Assembly: GCA_030704615.1 (NCBI GenBank)
Contig: CM060733.1
Location: 62,806,001 to 62,870,000, forward strand
Source: Takakia lepidozioides
Lineage: Eukaryota > Plantae > Bryophyta
Direction of reading: 5' to 3'
DNA: 64,000 bases
In this document: one piece after another, positions 24,201 to 38,147 of the stretch
Layout: each line of letters starts with the position of its first letter
Position numbering within the stretch: position 1 is the stretch's first letter
Translations under genes and position numbers: made by a program
The notes under the pieces: model-generated
Told to the model about the DNA's origin: nothing
The model's input: only the letters and a program-made list of their open reading frames with translations
Database searches by the model: none

Positions 24201-27200
24201 GGATAATTGAATGTCAATAGGCATTTGAAGCACTTACATTGTCAGTAACAACTACACCTGTGCTGATTAACCCTCACTGGCATGTAGTATTTCATGTACA
24301 CTGTGATGCCTCACGAGAAGCATTGGGAGCTGTGTTAGCCCAGAATGTCATAGGAAATATAGATTCACCTGTGTACTATGCTAGCAGATTGTGGAACAGT
24401 GCGGAGAGGAACTATAGCACTACTGAAAGAGAAGCTTTGGCAATGATTTATGCAGTTAAGAAATTCAGGCATTACCTATTGGGAATGAAGTTTATGTTTT
24501 ATGTGGATCATCAAGCTTTGATTTATCTGGTGAACAAGCCTTTGATAAGTGGCAGGATAGCAAGATGGATGATAATCTTGCACGAGTTTGAATTCGAAGT
24601 TATTTACAAGCCTGGCCGTTTGCATCTTGTGGCAGATCACTTGTCACGGCTATCAACAGGAGAGGCCACCACGGGAGTAGACGACCAACTGCTTGATGCG
24701 AGTTTATTTGCAGTGGAGGTACAGGGAAGTGCAGATGAGTGGTTAGATTGGCAATGGCCAATTAGATACTACCTTACTCATGGTCAGTGCCCACCCAGTT
24801 ATGGGAAGGAACAGAGGAAGAGAATAGCTATCAAGGCCTTACCCTACACTATGATAGGTGGCAGATTGTATAAGCTAGGAGTTGATGGAGTTCTTAAACA
24901 ATGCTTGTACCACCATGAAGTAAATAAAGTTTTGGAAGAAGTTCATAAAAGAGTGGCTGGAGGACATTTTGGAGAGGAGACTACCAGTAGAAAAATACTA
25001 CTTGCAGGTTACTGGTGGCCTACTTTGTTCAAGGATGTACACAAGTATTGCAAGAGTTGTGATGAGTGTCAAAGGCTAGGACCTTTGCAAAGATCTGGGA
25101 AGATGGCTTTGCATTCTACGATGCCTACTGAACCATTTCAGAAATGGGGACTAGACTTTGTTGGACCAATTAATCCACTAACCAGGAATACACAGAACAA
25201 GTATATAATCACATCCACTGATTATACTACAAAGTGGGTGGAAGCTAAGGATCTGAGGGACAACATAGCTAAGTCCACAACGAGGTTCCTGTATGAGAAC
25301 ATACTCACAAGATTTGGCTGTCCCCTAGAATTTATCAGTGACCAGGGAAGTCACTTCATTAACGAGACCATAGAACTATTGACTAAAGAGTTCATGATTG
25401 TGCACAGGAAGAGTACAACCTATTACCCACAGGGCAATGGGTAGATAGAGGCCACCAACAAAATACTATGCACTATTTTGGCTAAGATAGTCAATGCAAA
25501 TAGAACAGACTGGGATACAAAGCTGTTGACGGCTTTGTGGTCATACAAGACTTCATATAAAGTCACCACCAAGTATACACCATTCCAATTAGTTTATGGT
25601 ATGGAAGCTTTACTTCCAATGGAATTCTTATTACCTATCATGAGAACTGAATGAGGAAGGAGAATGGAATTGGAGGATTCAATTAAAGTAAGGAAACATG
25701 AATTATATCATGTGGAAGAAGTACGTGCTGATGCAGCAGATAACATGACCAGAATTCAGATGAAGAGGAAGGATCAGTTTGATGAAGGAAAATTGAAGAC
25801 TTTTAAGACGGGAGATTTGGTACTTTGGTTGCAGAAGAAAGGAAAGATAAAAGCTTCTAAGCTTAAGTCACCATGGAAAGGACCTTATGTCATACAGAAG
25901 ATGTATGATGACAACACAGCCATGTTACAAACCGTTAACAAAGAGATGCTTGGTAGAGTCAATGCCAATAAGTTGAAGGGATACAGTGGTATCCATGATA
26001 AACCATTGCAGCATGATTTGCATCTTGAAACACAAATGTAGACACAGGTGACACCGGTAACACCAATGGAGCATGAAGCACTTGTCGTAAAGCCGAATGT
26101 GTATGGCCTGAGCAGAGAACACGGGTGTAACAGAGCTTATCACAGTCCACCACAGTGTACACAGCCTATCACAGCTCACCACAGCTTTACACAGCCTGAC
26201 ACAGCCCACACAAGTTGTACAGTCCATAGGGTCAGTGACAGGTGGACGCGGGTTAACATCAGAAAAGTGGCCGGTAAGTGTAAGGGCAGCTTGGAAGTCA
26301 AACTCGGAGAATAAGCCACGCAGACAGAGGGAGATGGGAGAGTGTTTGAATTCAAACACGTGGCCTAAGGGGCAAAGCACTCCGCATTGCATGTACTACA
26401 ATAGCGGGTGTCATAATGCAAAAAGACAAACTGGGCCGTCGAAGTACTTACCCGGTACAACAGCCGAAACTAATTACGGGGCCATTACTGCATCCAGGAA
26501 GCAGGTAACAGAACCCTTTACGCGTACAGCAAAGGGGGACCTTTGCCACATGTGCTGTCCTAATGGGCATTCCAAGTGGGAATGTGAACAGATGGGGGTA
26601 AAATTGAGAAAGTTACCCGATGAGGCAACAGCCAATCAGGAACGTGAATTTCATGCAAGTGGTTCCCTCCAAGAAGCAAGAACAAGAAATTAAAAAAGTT
26701 ATGAGCGGAAGAGTAGGGGTTGCCCCGAATAACCAGCGTCTCGATGGGAGGGGCAATCAAAGCTATAGCTTTGTAGCTATGGCGGATATCACAGACTATA
26801 CGCTAGCATTACTTCTTACGCAATGGCGCAAGGACGGATGGGTTGAAAATACATTCTCTCTCACTCACTACTTGCAGGCCCCACAGGCTTACACTCACTT
26901 ACCCGTTCCATTCTGTGCCAACCATACTTTCATGCTTTACGCTCTGCAAGCTTTCCTACAGCTATTCCAAACAAGGTCTTCTTGTCTGTCTGGGATGAAG
27001 AGAATTAGGGGAATGAAGGATCTCAGGGTGAAGAGCACCACAATTCTACAGAAGCAGACAATTCCTACACCACATGCAGTACAGTTGCTGAAGGAGTTGC
27101 GATTGGAAGGGCTGCTATGCAAAGAATGGTCCTTGCATCATCGGGGGTTCATGATTCAATTCATTCAGAACTTTGAGCCTCGAACAGGAGTTACACATGT

Positions 27201-29365
27201 GAGCGGAGTAGATATAGAGATTACTCCCCAGTAATTGCAGCAACTGTTTGAATTGCCATCTGGCCATGTGAATGTGGATGAACACAGGACAAGATTGCAA
27301 ATAGGGGATTTGTTTCAAGAAACGAGTTTATTTAAAACCCAGGGATACACCTGCACCAAGGCCGAGTACCCAGGGTTAAGGGAAGTTGGCCAAATACTGA
27401 ACGTTCTGTTTGCCATGAAACAGAACCAACAGTATCTTAGCAGATCTTTCACAGAGGAGGTACTGAAAGCCTTGAGGGGAGAAGATGTGGCTTGGGCGGA
27501 GTTGATGTACAATGGTCTGGTGGAGGAGATGAAGCGGTTACAAAATACTACTGCTAAATCCCCGATCATTGTGTCTGGCCCAATAATTTCGCAAATTATC
27601 CTTGACTCTTGTTTGCTTGATGCGCGAGAACGCAAGGTGATGAGAGTGTTTGAGACAGCCACAACTGCAGTTGAGGAGCAGGGCTCTTCACAAGGTGAAA
27701 GGGGATTGGAGGGGCAGCACCAGTCCAAGAGACAGAAGCGGGATGCAACTGTAGTGGCAGATCCACTAGCTACAAGGAAACCACAAGATGATGTTTCCAT
27801 AGTGCTTGTGCAGGATGAGGAGCAGCAGCACAGGGAGCTGTTATTGCTGGAAGCACAACCCTTGGAGAGGGAGGTAGAGTTACTTCAGTGCCACAGCCAC
27901 CACAGCCAGTTGACTCGGTTGCCCCAGGGGTAACTCAGATTGTACATGCTGTCACACTGGAGCCTCTTGCTGTGGAAGGAGAAGGGTTGGACATCCCCAC
28001 TACAAAGCAGGTAGTGGCAGAAATTGAGAAGGGTGACCTTCTCTATGAAAACTCTGGCATGGTCGGAGAACCAGTAGTACCAAAGATGCAGAGTCTGACC
28101 AAGGAAATCCCTGCTGTGCAAGTCATGCCTAAACTTGTGGAGGAGGTTCAAGGGGTAGAGTGCAAGGGCACTGCAACACCTGTGGAGGATGAGCTGGCTC
28201 AGGAATAAGATCTTGTGGAATCATGGCCCGATTGGTTTGTGAAACATCAAACTGAGGAGGATCAGGGAGAACAGCAGCAAGTTCTCCATGAAGACCCACA
28301 ACAAGCTATGCTTATGAGTTCCATAAGCAGGACTCTCAACCTGTTGGGCACCTATGTGAAATCCCACGTTCCTTCTACGCAATTGGCAGCATTGAGGGAG
28401 GAGCTCAAGCAAGAGTTTGAGGCAAGAATTGCCACTGAGTGTGCAAATAAGGTGGATGTGGAGGCCAACCTTAAGTTGTAGAAAGAGTTGGAGGACATTC
28501 AATCTACTCTACAATTTGCGAAAGAAAACTTGATTGAAGCAGGTCTGGAGCAGGAGAAGTTGCATGAACTCCATAAGCAACAGCTATATCAATTGCAGGT
28601 GAAGCATGAGGACAAATTGCAGGAAGTGAAGTCGCTTCATACAGAGTTGGAGGCAGTTCATCAAAAAATGACCATCTAATGTGCCACATTAACAACTACT
28701 CTGGAGTTGACCGCATTAGAAGTTAAGAATCAAGCTGAGAGATGTTTAATGGTGGAGGCTGAGTCAGTAGAGCAGGCGAAACTCATTGCTGACTTGAAGG
28801 CTACTATCCGGCGCAATGAGGATACCTTTCAACAGTACAGTCAGGTTGAGGCTCAAAAGGACAGGTACATCCTTGAGTTGCAGCAAACACTCACATCACG
28901 GAAAAATGAGCTTTCTGTGACTACCAAGGCTTGGAAGGAAGCCAATAATCTGTCTGCTGCCTATGCAGCCCTGGTTGAACCTCATGCGAAGCGCATGGAG
29001 TTGCCAATAACAGGAGGGACAGTGGCGCCAATATCACAGCAACCACAGCAGGTCGACACTGTTGATACCATGACATTGCAGCAATCTGAGGTTTGGGGGG
29101 ATGTTTCTATTAACCCATCTAAGACTCCTGCTGCACTTGAGTATAATCGGACTATGATTATGCCTTTCAATCAAATTCCCATTGTGATGGATTTGGCTTG
29201 GAAGGAATTCAGTCCTCCACACTCTTTGGCACACTATTACCAGATCATGCGCATTTGGTTGCCAGTAGCGACTCGGACTAAGGTTCTTCCAAATAACCGA
29301 TCCATTGAAGATCACCACTTTGCAAGGTAATGGTCTGAGGCAGGCACCATGCTGAAAGAATTAAT
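21260..29365 (+). mobile_element. Ty3/gypsy family A copy 2 (no LTRs visible): gag C-terminal half, PR, RT, RNase H, INT and a large extra ORF (~26620-29360); several premature stops
   Basis: PR LIDGGSGVN; RT RVCVNYKKLN..DGFSGYNQ..MPFGLCNAP..FLDD; RH HCDAS..NYSTTEREALA..DHQAL; INT H..GHFG..C.EC, WGLDFVGP, ISDQGSHF, YPQGNG, GPY. Domain order RT-RH-INT is gypsy. Confidence 0.95.
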
Positions 29366-29369
29366 TGCC

Positions 29370-32300
29370 TTCCAGATTGTTCATGGGTACACCTACACCA
29401 AGGCATGTGCAATCACTGAGCTCGGCACTAATCGACGATGAGCCCCGGCTTCCTCATTTCTTCCGTTGCGGGGCAGCAGATGCGGAATATGAACACGAGA
29501 TAGTAACAAGTAATGTTTGGGTGTTTCACGTAGCCCCATCATTTCGAATTTGTTGGTTTGCATGCTGTGTGATGTGTGAGCTTTTCTTCCCGTTTCATGA
29601 CCAACTTTGATGGTTGGTAGGGATCACACACTGATCCCGGATGAGCCCAACATTAGTGATGTTTTGATTTGTTTCAGCCAACGTGGTACTACGGTTCATC
29701 CTGAACCTCGTCTGCACTTCTTTAATCCCGCATGGCGTCTGTTTGAGGGAGATTTGTGTATTAGAGTAATCCACGCTGGAGGGAGGAGTACCATTGCCCT
29801 ATGGATTCATGAAGGTGGTCATTGGGTGAGGGTTAATGCGATGGCTCGTGAAGTCATGACATGGGGAGGACGTGTTGAAATGGTGGAGTGGTATCGCGGG
29901 GCAGAACTAGGGTTGCAGAGTCCTTGTCTGTTCTGCTGTGCCATGACTGACTGTTATTGAAGCTTTGTGACTTCTTTGTCTCTTTTCTTTGTTTTCTTTT
30001 GTTTGATTCAATTGCTGTCAAGATGACCAGCCCTGCTGGTATTGATGCTCCGTTCTATGGTCGTGAGGGTGAGGATGTCCATGACTGGGTTGATCGTATT
30101 CAGATGGCTGGGGATGTTCGTGAGCTGTCTGAGGACAAGATGTTTAAAGTGGCTAGATTGAATCTTAGATCTAGAGCTGATGAGTGGTTTAGGAAGCAAA
30201 ATCCCAGACCTAATAACTGGGAAGATTTCCAGGCAGCAATCATTGCAAAGTTTGGGGTGGTTGACCTGGCTGAAATCAAATGACTCGGCTGGATGCTATA
30301 AAACAGGAGAACCGCCAAAGAGTCCAGGTTTACTTTGACAGATTTACTCGTCTCTTCATGAAGGGAGAGATCCCTGATTTGGAGCAACGAAGACGTTTTA
30401 TAGGGGGTCTTAGACCCGAAATCATGAGATCCATGTTGGGCAGAAAGTTTGCTGATATAGATGAGGCTTTGGAAACCGCTATTGACTAGATTGAGAGAGG
30501 CTTAGGCAAACTGGGAAACACCGCTTGAACCCATGAGTGGGGAGGATGCTGATGAAGCATTCTATGTCAATCCGCTGGACAAGAGACTGGATTGTCTCAC
30601 AAATACCCTGCAGAGGTACTTTAATAGGGGAAATGTCATTGAGGAGGCTTCGGGGAGTAGGGCAACACCCAAACATGTTCGTTTTAGCAGTTCTTGTAAT
30701 GATGATGGGCATATCTCGCCCACTCATCCCACGGGAAGAGTTCAGGTTACTCGTGGAAAATGTCACAGGCAGGGCCACCGTACGGAGATGTGTGGAGTGA
30801 GGTGCTCATACTGCAAGATGTTGGGACACTGGAAAGTGCTTGTCACCGCAAGATGGAGCAAACCACTGGCAGCAACCCTTCAACGAACTTGTGACAACGA
30901 GGACGAAATTCTGGCTGAAATGACTGCCCTAATCAGGGAGAGAGATGCCAATGAAGTGAGGCTTCCCAGGAATAGAATAGTACATATAGGGCCCACCCCC
31001 GAAAGGGGGCAGTAGCCGCAAGGCGAAGTGGCTCTTAGTTACGCCGGCTTCGGCCGGAGTCTTCTCTCTCTCTAGAACAGTACCATTGCCCCCGCCTGTT
31101 TCTGATGCTGCTGGAGGATCAAAGTCAGGAACTGAGTTGGGTTTCGGCCCTGCAACACCAAGCAGTGAGCGAATCATGCCCAGAACACCAAGGAACGTGG
31201 AAGGAGGTACAAAATCACGGATCCTCAACCATTTTTTTACAAAGGGAGGATTTCTTCATCACCCATGGACTTGATAATGTCAGTGCCTAGAGAATTGGAA
31301 AAATTGAAAGGTCTAGTGAAAGTTGTTGAAAAGGCCACAAATGTTGTTGCTGCAGCTAAATTAATACCAGGGGTCCAGCAAAGAAGTACTGCCCTTGTGG
31401 CAAACACTATGAGAGAGCCTGGTTCTGAGATTTCTTATACCAATTCAGGGAGGGTAAAGGCCCTGCATGCTATGGTTTCCATTGGAGGGCATCAGGTTTT
31501 GGGTCAGGTTGACACTGGAGCTAGATGCTGTCAGTCATGGCTGCTGCCAGCACGGTGCGAGATCTGGGATTAATGGGTTCGGTGGTCAGTGACAAGGATA
31601 TGACCTACAAAGTGGCTTCAAGAGCTGTGGAGACAGCTATGGGGAGGCTTGAAGACCTGAAGGTCACTATGGGGGAGCTCACAAATCAGTTATCTTTCAT
31701 GATGGTTGACACGAACACCTATCATATGTTGCTTGGGCTGGACTTTCTCAAGAAATTTGGAGCTGTGGTTGACACTGAAACTGAAACTATAAGGATATGC
31801 AATGGCCCTGGGAAGGATGTAGCTCACTTTCCTTTGCACACCATCAATCAATGTGAAATAGAGAATGGAGGAGCTGCAGGATCAGGAAGCTGTAATAGGG
31901 GAGGCCAATGCAGTTTTGGCTTTGAGGAAGAAGGGATCATGAATATATCCAACCCTTCATGCCTTGTGGAAGTGGAGCCTGAATCAAGTGATGAAGCTGA
32001 AACCTGTGAGAGTTCAGAATCTGAAGAAGAAGAGTGGCATAGTCAGGAGATGAATTGGTTGATGATTTGACAGTACCTCAAAATGAGTATGAGCTTAAGA
32101 GGGCCATAGAGGTTGCTGAAGGCACTGAGGAAGTGCTGGAGGATCAGGGTTTGGCATCTCTTCTCGAGGAGGAAACAACCAAGGGCACGGCCTCTTCCAT
32201 TATTCATGAGGCCTATTCCAAGGCATGGGAAAGGGAGCTGGTGAACTCTGCAGCAGATATAGAAGATGACTTCTATGACTGGAATATGATCTCTTCCAGG

Positions 32301-32770
32301 GAGGAAAGGGCAAGGATGGAGGCTCACATTTTTAGTGTGAATAGCCTGGAGTCTAAGGAAGAACACGAGGCTGAACTGCCCTGGCAGAGGATGAAAACCA
32401 GACTCACCTTCAGCCAAAAGATGTCAGGTGAGCAGAGATGAAGTCTAGAGAGTTTGCTTTAAAAGAAACAACACTGCTTTGCATTGTCCAAGTCTGATCT
32501 TGGATTTGGTTCAGTGGTTGAACATGTGATTGATATACAAGGGTTACCCCCTTGTAGAAGCCACCCTAATAGGCTCTCGGAGTGGGAAGAAAGTGAGGTA
32601 CAAAAACAGATCGAATCCCTGATTGCTTTGGGCAAAATGCGAGAGAGCAAATTTGAGTTTTCATGTCCAGTTACCATCAAAGAAGGATGGGTCAAGAATT
32701 TTTGCAGATCTAATCTGATGGGCCCCACTCCTGAAGCTTTAATGACAAGGGATTTGTCTAGACTATGATG
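29370..32770 (+). mobile_element. Second gypsy-like family (B): gag, CCHC knuckles, protease and RT N-terminus; degenerate and truncated
   Basis: FYGREGEDVHDWV..LNLRSRADEWF..WEDF..IKQE..VQVYFDRF..FIGGLRPEI; C.KC...GH and CSYC...GH; VDTGA and LLGLDFL; VEHVID....P..P.RLS..E..V.KQIE.L..G. Confidence 0.8.
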
Positions 32771-33659
32771 CAAAAAAAAAAAAAGAAAAAGAAAGCTACA
32801 ACCTACAAAAGAAAAATCTTAGATCTCTCATTTACGTTTTGGGCCTGAAAAGGGCTTGTTGACCGCTGATGTGGCATGTAAACAAGCCCAAAACAGATTG
32901 CACTCCAAAGGCCATTTTTGGCAGAAAATTAGCAATTTTGGAAAAAGCACTTCACCTTGTGGTGTGTGAGCATTACATACACACATCCACCATTGGCTTT
33001 TTAAAAATTTGTAGTAAAAAAAGTACTTCATTTGGAGGCACATTTTCTCTTGTCAATTTTGAGATTTCTACCCCTATGTAATTGCATGCAAAGCAACCAT
33101 AGGTGAAAAAATCAGTTGGACCTGCAATTTAGTGGGGTCATAGCCACTCCACTATTGATTTGGAAATGGTGGGTCTTGGGGCAAGCAAAATTGGATAAAG
33201 CTAGGTTTTAATTTGGTCAAACCAATTTTTTTCTCACTTTTTCTTTGGGACCTGATATTTGAGGTCTGCGCCAACATTATAATCTCACAATTTCCACGGT
33301 TGGGTCATTTTTTGGTATGTCATGCATAAATGAGCTGGGCCCACTGTTATAAGGTTGGAATCTCTGGATGATTTTTGGTAGGTTTTTAGGGGCAATTTAC
33401 TGCAGCTGGGTACCCAAAATTGGTAAAAAGTCAAAAAAGGGCTTGGGAACTTGAGGGTTAATTGGAAAAACGAAAAGAAAAGAAAATTGCTGACAAGTGC
33501 AGTGTCATGTGACTAAATACTTAAATTTGATTTGAAGGATGAAAGCTGTAGGATCAAATATTAGGACTCACTCCCTTTCTAAAAAAAACAAAAAAAACTC
33601 ATCAACATATCAACCCTTCCCATAATCAACACAGGTAATAATCCACCTGTGCCTGTGCG

Positions 33660-34567
33660 CCTGTGCCTGTGGGATCTATTTGTGTGGTGCTTCTGAATTT
33701 CTTTGTTGATCGATTGTGGTCCACATGCCCCGTTTGGGCTGCATTGCGGGCTCACACGTGATGGAACTTGTGGAGGGCTAGATGTGCCTATGTGTTCTCG
33801 GGTAGGCCGATCAGTGTAAGGTCTGTGCTGTCAGACCTGATGTCTGAGGCCCGTAAAACGTGGGGTGTGTTGGAGGCAGCTATTTCCAGATGCGCAGAGA
33901 GGAGGTGTGTTAAGCTCTTACATGATTTTGACCACTCGTGGAGCAGAGGAGGGAGGATCTGCTCCAGAATTTCAGAATCAAGGGTTCAATGGAATGTCGA
34001 CATCCCGGCTGACTGGCAGTTCCCTTAGCTCTCGGCTCTCCCCTTTGGGTGGAGATGAGCCTGAGGTCAATTGGAGACACCTAAAGTCATTTAGAAAAGG
34101 GAAGGCCAAGGCCTTATCTTTTGATGCCCCAACGTGGTGCTTCCTAGTTCTGGCTCTATGCAGCTCTTGCTTTTGTAGTTCTTTCTCGCCCTATGCAGTT
34201 CCAGAGTGTTGGCTGCAGTCTGTTTTTAATCCTCCATGTTGGCTCTGGTTGGTTTCATTATCCCTCTTCCCGACCACTGCTCTATGTTGGACTCTGCTCC
34301 TGAGCTGCTGGTTGCTTTTCCTGCCATTTTCCTGCTCTCGGGCATTTTAGATCTATAGATTCCCTTTCCTGGCAGCTTACTTCTCGAGCTCCAGCCTGCT
34401 TTTTCTCTTTTGGTCACGATGCGTTGCCTTCCTATGTCAGCCTCCATGGCACTTAATTAGAGGTTATTTTTTCCTCTTGTAATTCCTGGACTCTTGTCCT
34501 TAAATATATAAAGTTTCGAGGCCTCCATCCCTCTTCTCTAATTTACCAAAAAAGAAAAAAAAAGAAA
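33660..34567 (+). mobile_element. 5'-truncated L1/Tx1-like LINE 3' end with A-rich tail
   Basis: WAALRAHT.WNLWRARC..VFSG matches 63405-63470 (WACLRAHTLWALWKARC..VFEG); V-NW-[RK]HL near the end is also shared; ends in an A-rich run at ~34548-34567. Confidence 0.8.
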
Positions 34568-35043
34568 CATTCAAAGAGCATAGAGCTCAAACCCAGGGTG
34601 CAAAGTCTCCCCTTGAGTCCACCTCTTGACCAGTGTGTCTGACAGCTCGGGGTAACAGAACTGAAAACAAGTCTGAAGCATTAATTGAGTTTAAGATGGC
34701 AGCTGCAAAGGAGCCACTGCAAATCCCCACATCTGTACAATCATATCTCATGACATTCAGGTGTTCCCAGAAGGTCAAAGTTGGTGCAAATGATGTAAGC
34801 TGTACATTTCACTTTCTCCACCAACAGCTATCTGCAAATAGAACTGGTAGATACTTATGCCCACATATTGTCTGTTGAATTGCTTGCACAATCCGAATAC
34901 CACTGCAATTCCTGATCCTAGTTGCACCTGAAAAGTACTTGACTAGAAGCAAATGACGTCCACTGTGGAGAGGTGTAGGCACTCTTGGGGGAAAGAGAGA
35001 AACTGAGGGTTGCAGAGGGGCTAGGAACCAACTGAAACTCATC

Positions 35044-38000
35044 TTATTTGTGCTTGAAGTGTGGTTTCCGCTTTTCGATGAAGGCTTGCATGCCTTCTTT
35101 CTGGTCCTCTAGCCCAAAAGTGGCATAGAACAAGGACTGCTCTTTCTTAATACCCTCTTGCAAACCTATCTCATATGCGCTGTTTACAGCTTCTTTTGCT
35201 AGTGCCACTGCTGGTTGTGATAAATCTGCTATTTTTTTCCCCACCGAAATTGCCTCAGCTAACAATGCTTCATTGGATCCTGGAACCTGGACAGTACCCG
35301 TAAGTGCCAGTAAGTTTTCAACTTTCTGTAACCCTCCATCCCTGTCTTCAGAACACACTTGGGCATCTGCCAGTCAGTTGTGTCAACACTATGAACTCAG
35401 CACTTTCAGGTTGGTTTTCCACAATGGTACTCCGACTTGTCACACATCACTTAAATGCCGGAAACTTCAGAAGGACGACAAATGAAATGGAAAAGACGCT
35501 TACAACACGGCTGACCAGTCCTCTTTGTACTGCTTCTTCAGCATTCATGAAGTACTTCCCAGTGAGGATCATCTCCATTGCACGTGACTTGCCCACTTCT
35601 CGTATTAAACGTTGCGTTCCACCGATGCCTGGGATTGTACCCAAGCTCAGTTCTGGCTGCCCAAACAAGGCTTTCTCGCCTGCTAGCACTATGTCGCACA
35701 GCATCGCTAGCTCACAGCCACCTCCTAACGCATATCTGCACCAGAACCCTGGTACTTTTATCCAGTGGCCCTAGCATTGGACTTTAGTTAGTGCTGCCAT
35801 AAAATCTCAGATCACTTCAGCTGCCGGGGGGGAAGAAAGCCCCATAGAAGAATGGGACCCATTTGAAATAGATCAAATCATGCTTTCGTACGCACCAGAC
35901 AATCAACCCTACTAAAGGGAAACTCAAAACATATTTGTTAAAAATGGTATCATGACTCGACTCACTAGATTTGCATGGCCTCTGTGCATGAGAGAGAACA
36001 AGATGAAGAAAGAGAGCTTTACTCCTGCAGACCAGCTTGTTTCTCATGCACACTGCAATTGGCTCGAATAAAGGAGAAATCACCCATTTACAGCTGCAAT
36101 GATGGGTTTGCGAATTGCATGGACAGCATTCCAACGATAAACAAAGCGCGATGTACACGCATCCACAAAGCTCTTATCCTTCATTTCCTTTATGTCTGCT
36201 CCAGCTGCAAATGCCTTGTCTTTTCCTGTCATCACTATAGCCCCTACCTGTCCCATCCAGCCAATCATTAGATGCTGTCCACTGGAACTGCAGCTGATTT
36301 TCCTGCAGTAAGAGCCACTATTGATCATGGTAATGCACATCGCTTCCAACTGCTTAGAATTCTGGGGCTCTTGTGTGTGAACAGTGTTGCAGACTCTCAA
36401 GGGTAAATCTTTTCACTCTTACAGAAGTCTCTTCAGAAAAGGTTTCAATGTAGGGAATGTCTACAGACTCTCCATTTGCCTCCAACATGTCTGGACATTG
36501 TACTGCCATAGATGCAGCCCAAGAGAACCAGTTTTGACTGGGAAGTAGGAGCTTCGCCATGAAGTTCTCTGCAAAGGTACCTGTGATCATAAGTCATTGT
36601 GTAAAGGGCCCCTCTGAGCAAGTGATACAATGATAGAGGCTACAAAATCTTCAACTCAAATGAATTTCCATCATGGTGAATTGCTGGTATATGAGGATTC
36701 CTTGCACTTGGGAAATGCAGCTTTGTAACTGAGCCATCTTCTGACCTCTTACCTGGACGTCTGATTAACAGGTTTCAAAACCATTTACCTGAAGTGTCAC
36801 TATTTTTTCATTCATGGGGAGAAATGTGGTCTTAACTTTGTTGCAAATTAAGCACATTGTGCAAACCAGAAAGTTTTAACCCTCCAGTTGCCCACTTATT
36901 GCACATTTAGCCAGGCGGATGGGGAGCAGATGCTCCCTACCTGCGGTGCTGCATCAAAGGTTTGGAGGGCATCCACCACCTCAGTCATAAGAGCCTCAGA
37001 GAGAGCATTCAACGCTTTGGGACGGTCCAGTATCACCAATCCGACGGCCTCTTCCACCAACTGGGCTCGGATGCATTTATAGCTCTTTCCTTCCAGAGGG
37101 GTCCCTTGCATTTCCCCCTCTGCTATGTGCATACCTGCAGAGTCCATCTCTCGATTATGGCATCTGAAGGAGTGAATCAATCGTGCAAACTCTGTCCTCA
37201 TGCCAGTTGAAACTCCAGATATTCTGGTGTGGTAGAAAGCTGATTGCAAGTTGGACAGAATCCCTACAGTTTCTGACTGTGATTGAGCTCTTCCATTCCC
37301 CCTAAAACCCAACTGATATCCTGGCATTTTGCACTTATCTGATCTGCTGGATTCAGAAGGTGGTAGCCCTGCAGCAGCCCACATAGATTTCTGTCTCAAA
37401 TTTTGCTTCATTTTATTGAGCACCATGAATTAGGATGTGGAATGGAAAGCTATTCAGCTTGGTACTTTCTACACCAGGCACTCTCTTAATGGACAATTCA
37501 ATATATTGGAGAAAACAAGCTTGAGCAAGCCTATGAAATTATGAGTACATTTTGGCGCCAAACTTTCTTGTTCTGGAATTTCGATCACCTCAATGTGGAT
37601 AAAGCGTTTTCAGGACCAAATCAAAGTCACCAGAATCCAAATTAATACGATAAGCCTAAGAAAATAATGATCAGATGATCCAACCATAAATCATCATTGC
37701 TCATAGTTTAGCACTGAGCCGCATAGCCACATACTATCACCAGAACAAAACCCACACGCTCTCCCACCGCTCACCGTTCCAAGTCAATCACAGGGCCTTC
37801 CAAGAATTGAATCTATTACCACATTGTTGAAGGATAGCCGGAGCACCATGGCTTGAGCCAACTAGATACTTTGTTTTCTACCCTACCCGACCCATGAAAA
37901 AGTAACAAAGGAACACTCAGAGAAGCTGGATAAATTCTACTCAGACATGCAAGAGATGAACTTGGAAACACGTGCAGGAACTCCTTCTAGCGTACAGACA

Positions 38001-38147
38001 AGCAAAGTAAACTATAAGCTATAAAAGCCAGTCGAAGGGAAAGAATGTACTTGAACTAAGCCGTGGGCTTGTATAGAATGGTGAAAGAGCCCGCATGGAT
38101 CGCGCACATTGTAGAGCAGAAGACAAATGCCGAGATAGTGGCATCAT
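35044..38147 (-). CDS. Enoyl-CoA hydratase (crotonase, ECHS1/PaaF-type), probably mitochondrial. Exons 38051-38147, 36941-37134, 36084-36247, 35504-35735, 35044-35286
   Basis: [41 protein letters not shown] (catalytic Glu 1), [20 protein letters not shown] (catalytic Glu 2), [20 protein letters not shown] junctions in phase; Arg/Ser-rich N-terminal exon (exon 1 less certain). Confidence 0.93.

Noticed and set aside
22590-26045. Stops repaired by U-to-C editing or programmed readthrough
   Set aside because: Nuclear TE sequence; the stops differ between copies and fit mutational decay.
37135-37426. N-terminal extension of ORF 36896-37426 as the hydratase start
   Set aside because: An in-phase acceptor at 37135-37137 pairs with an upstream presequence-like exon (38051-38147), so this is more likely intron; not fully excluded.
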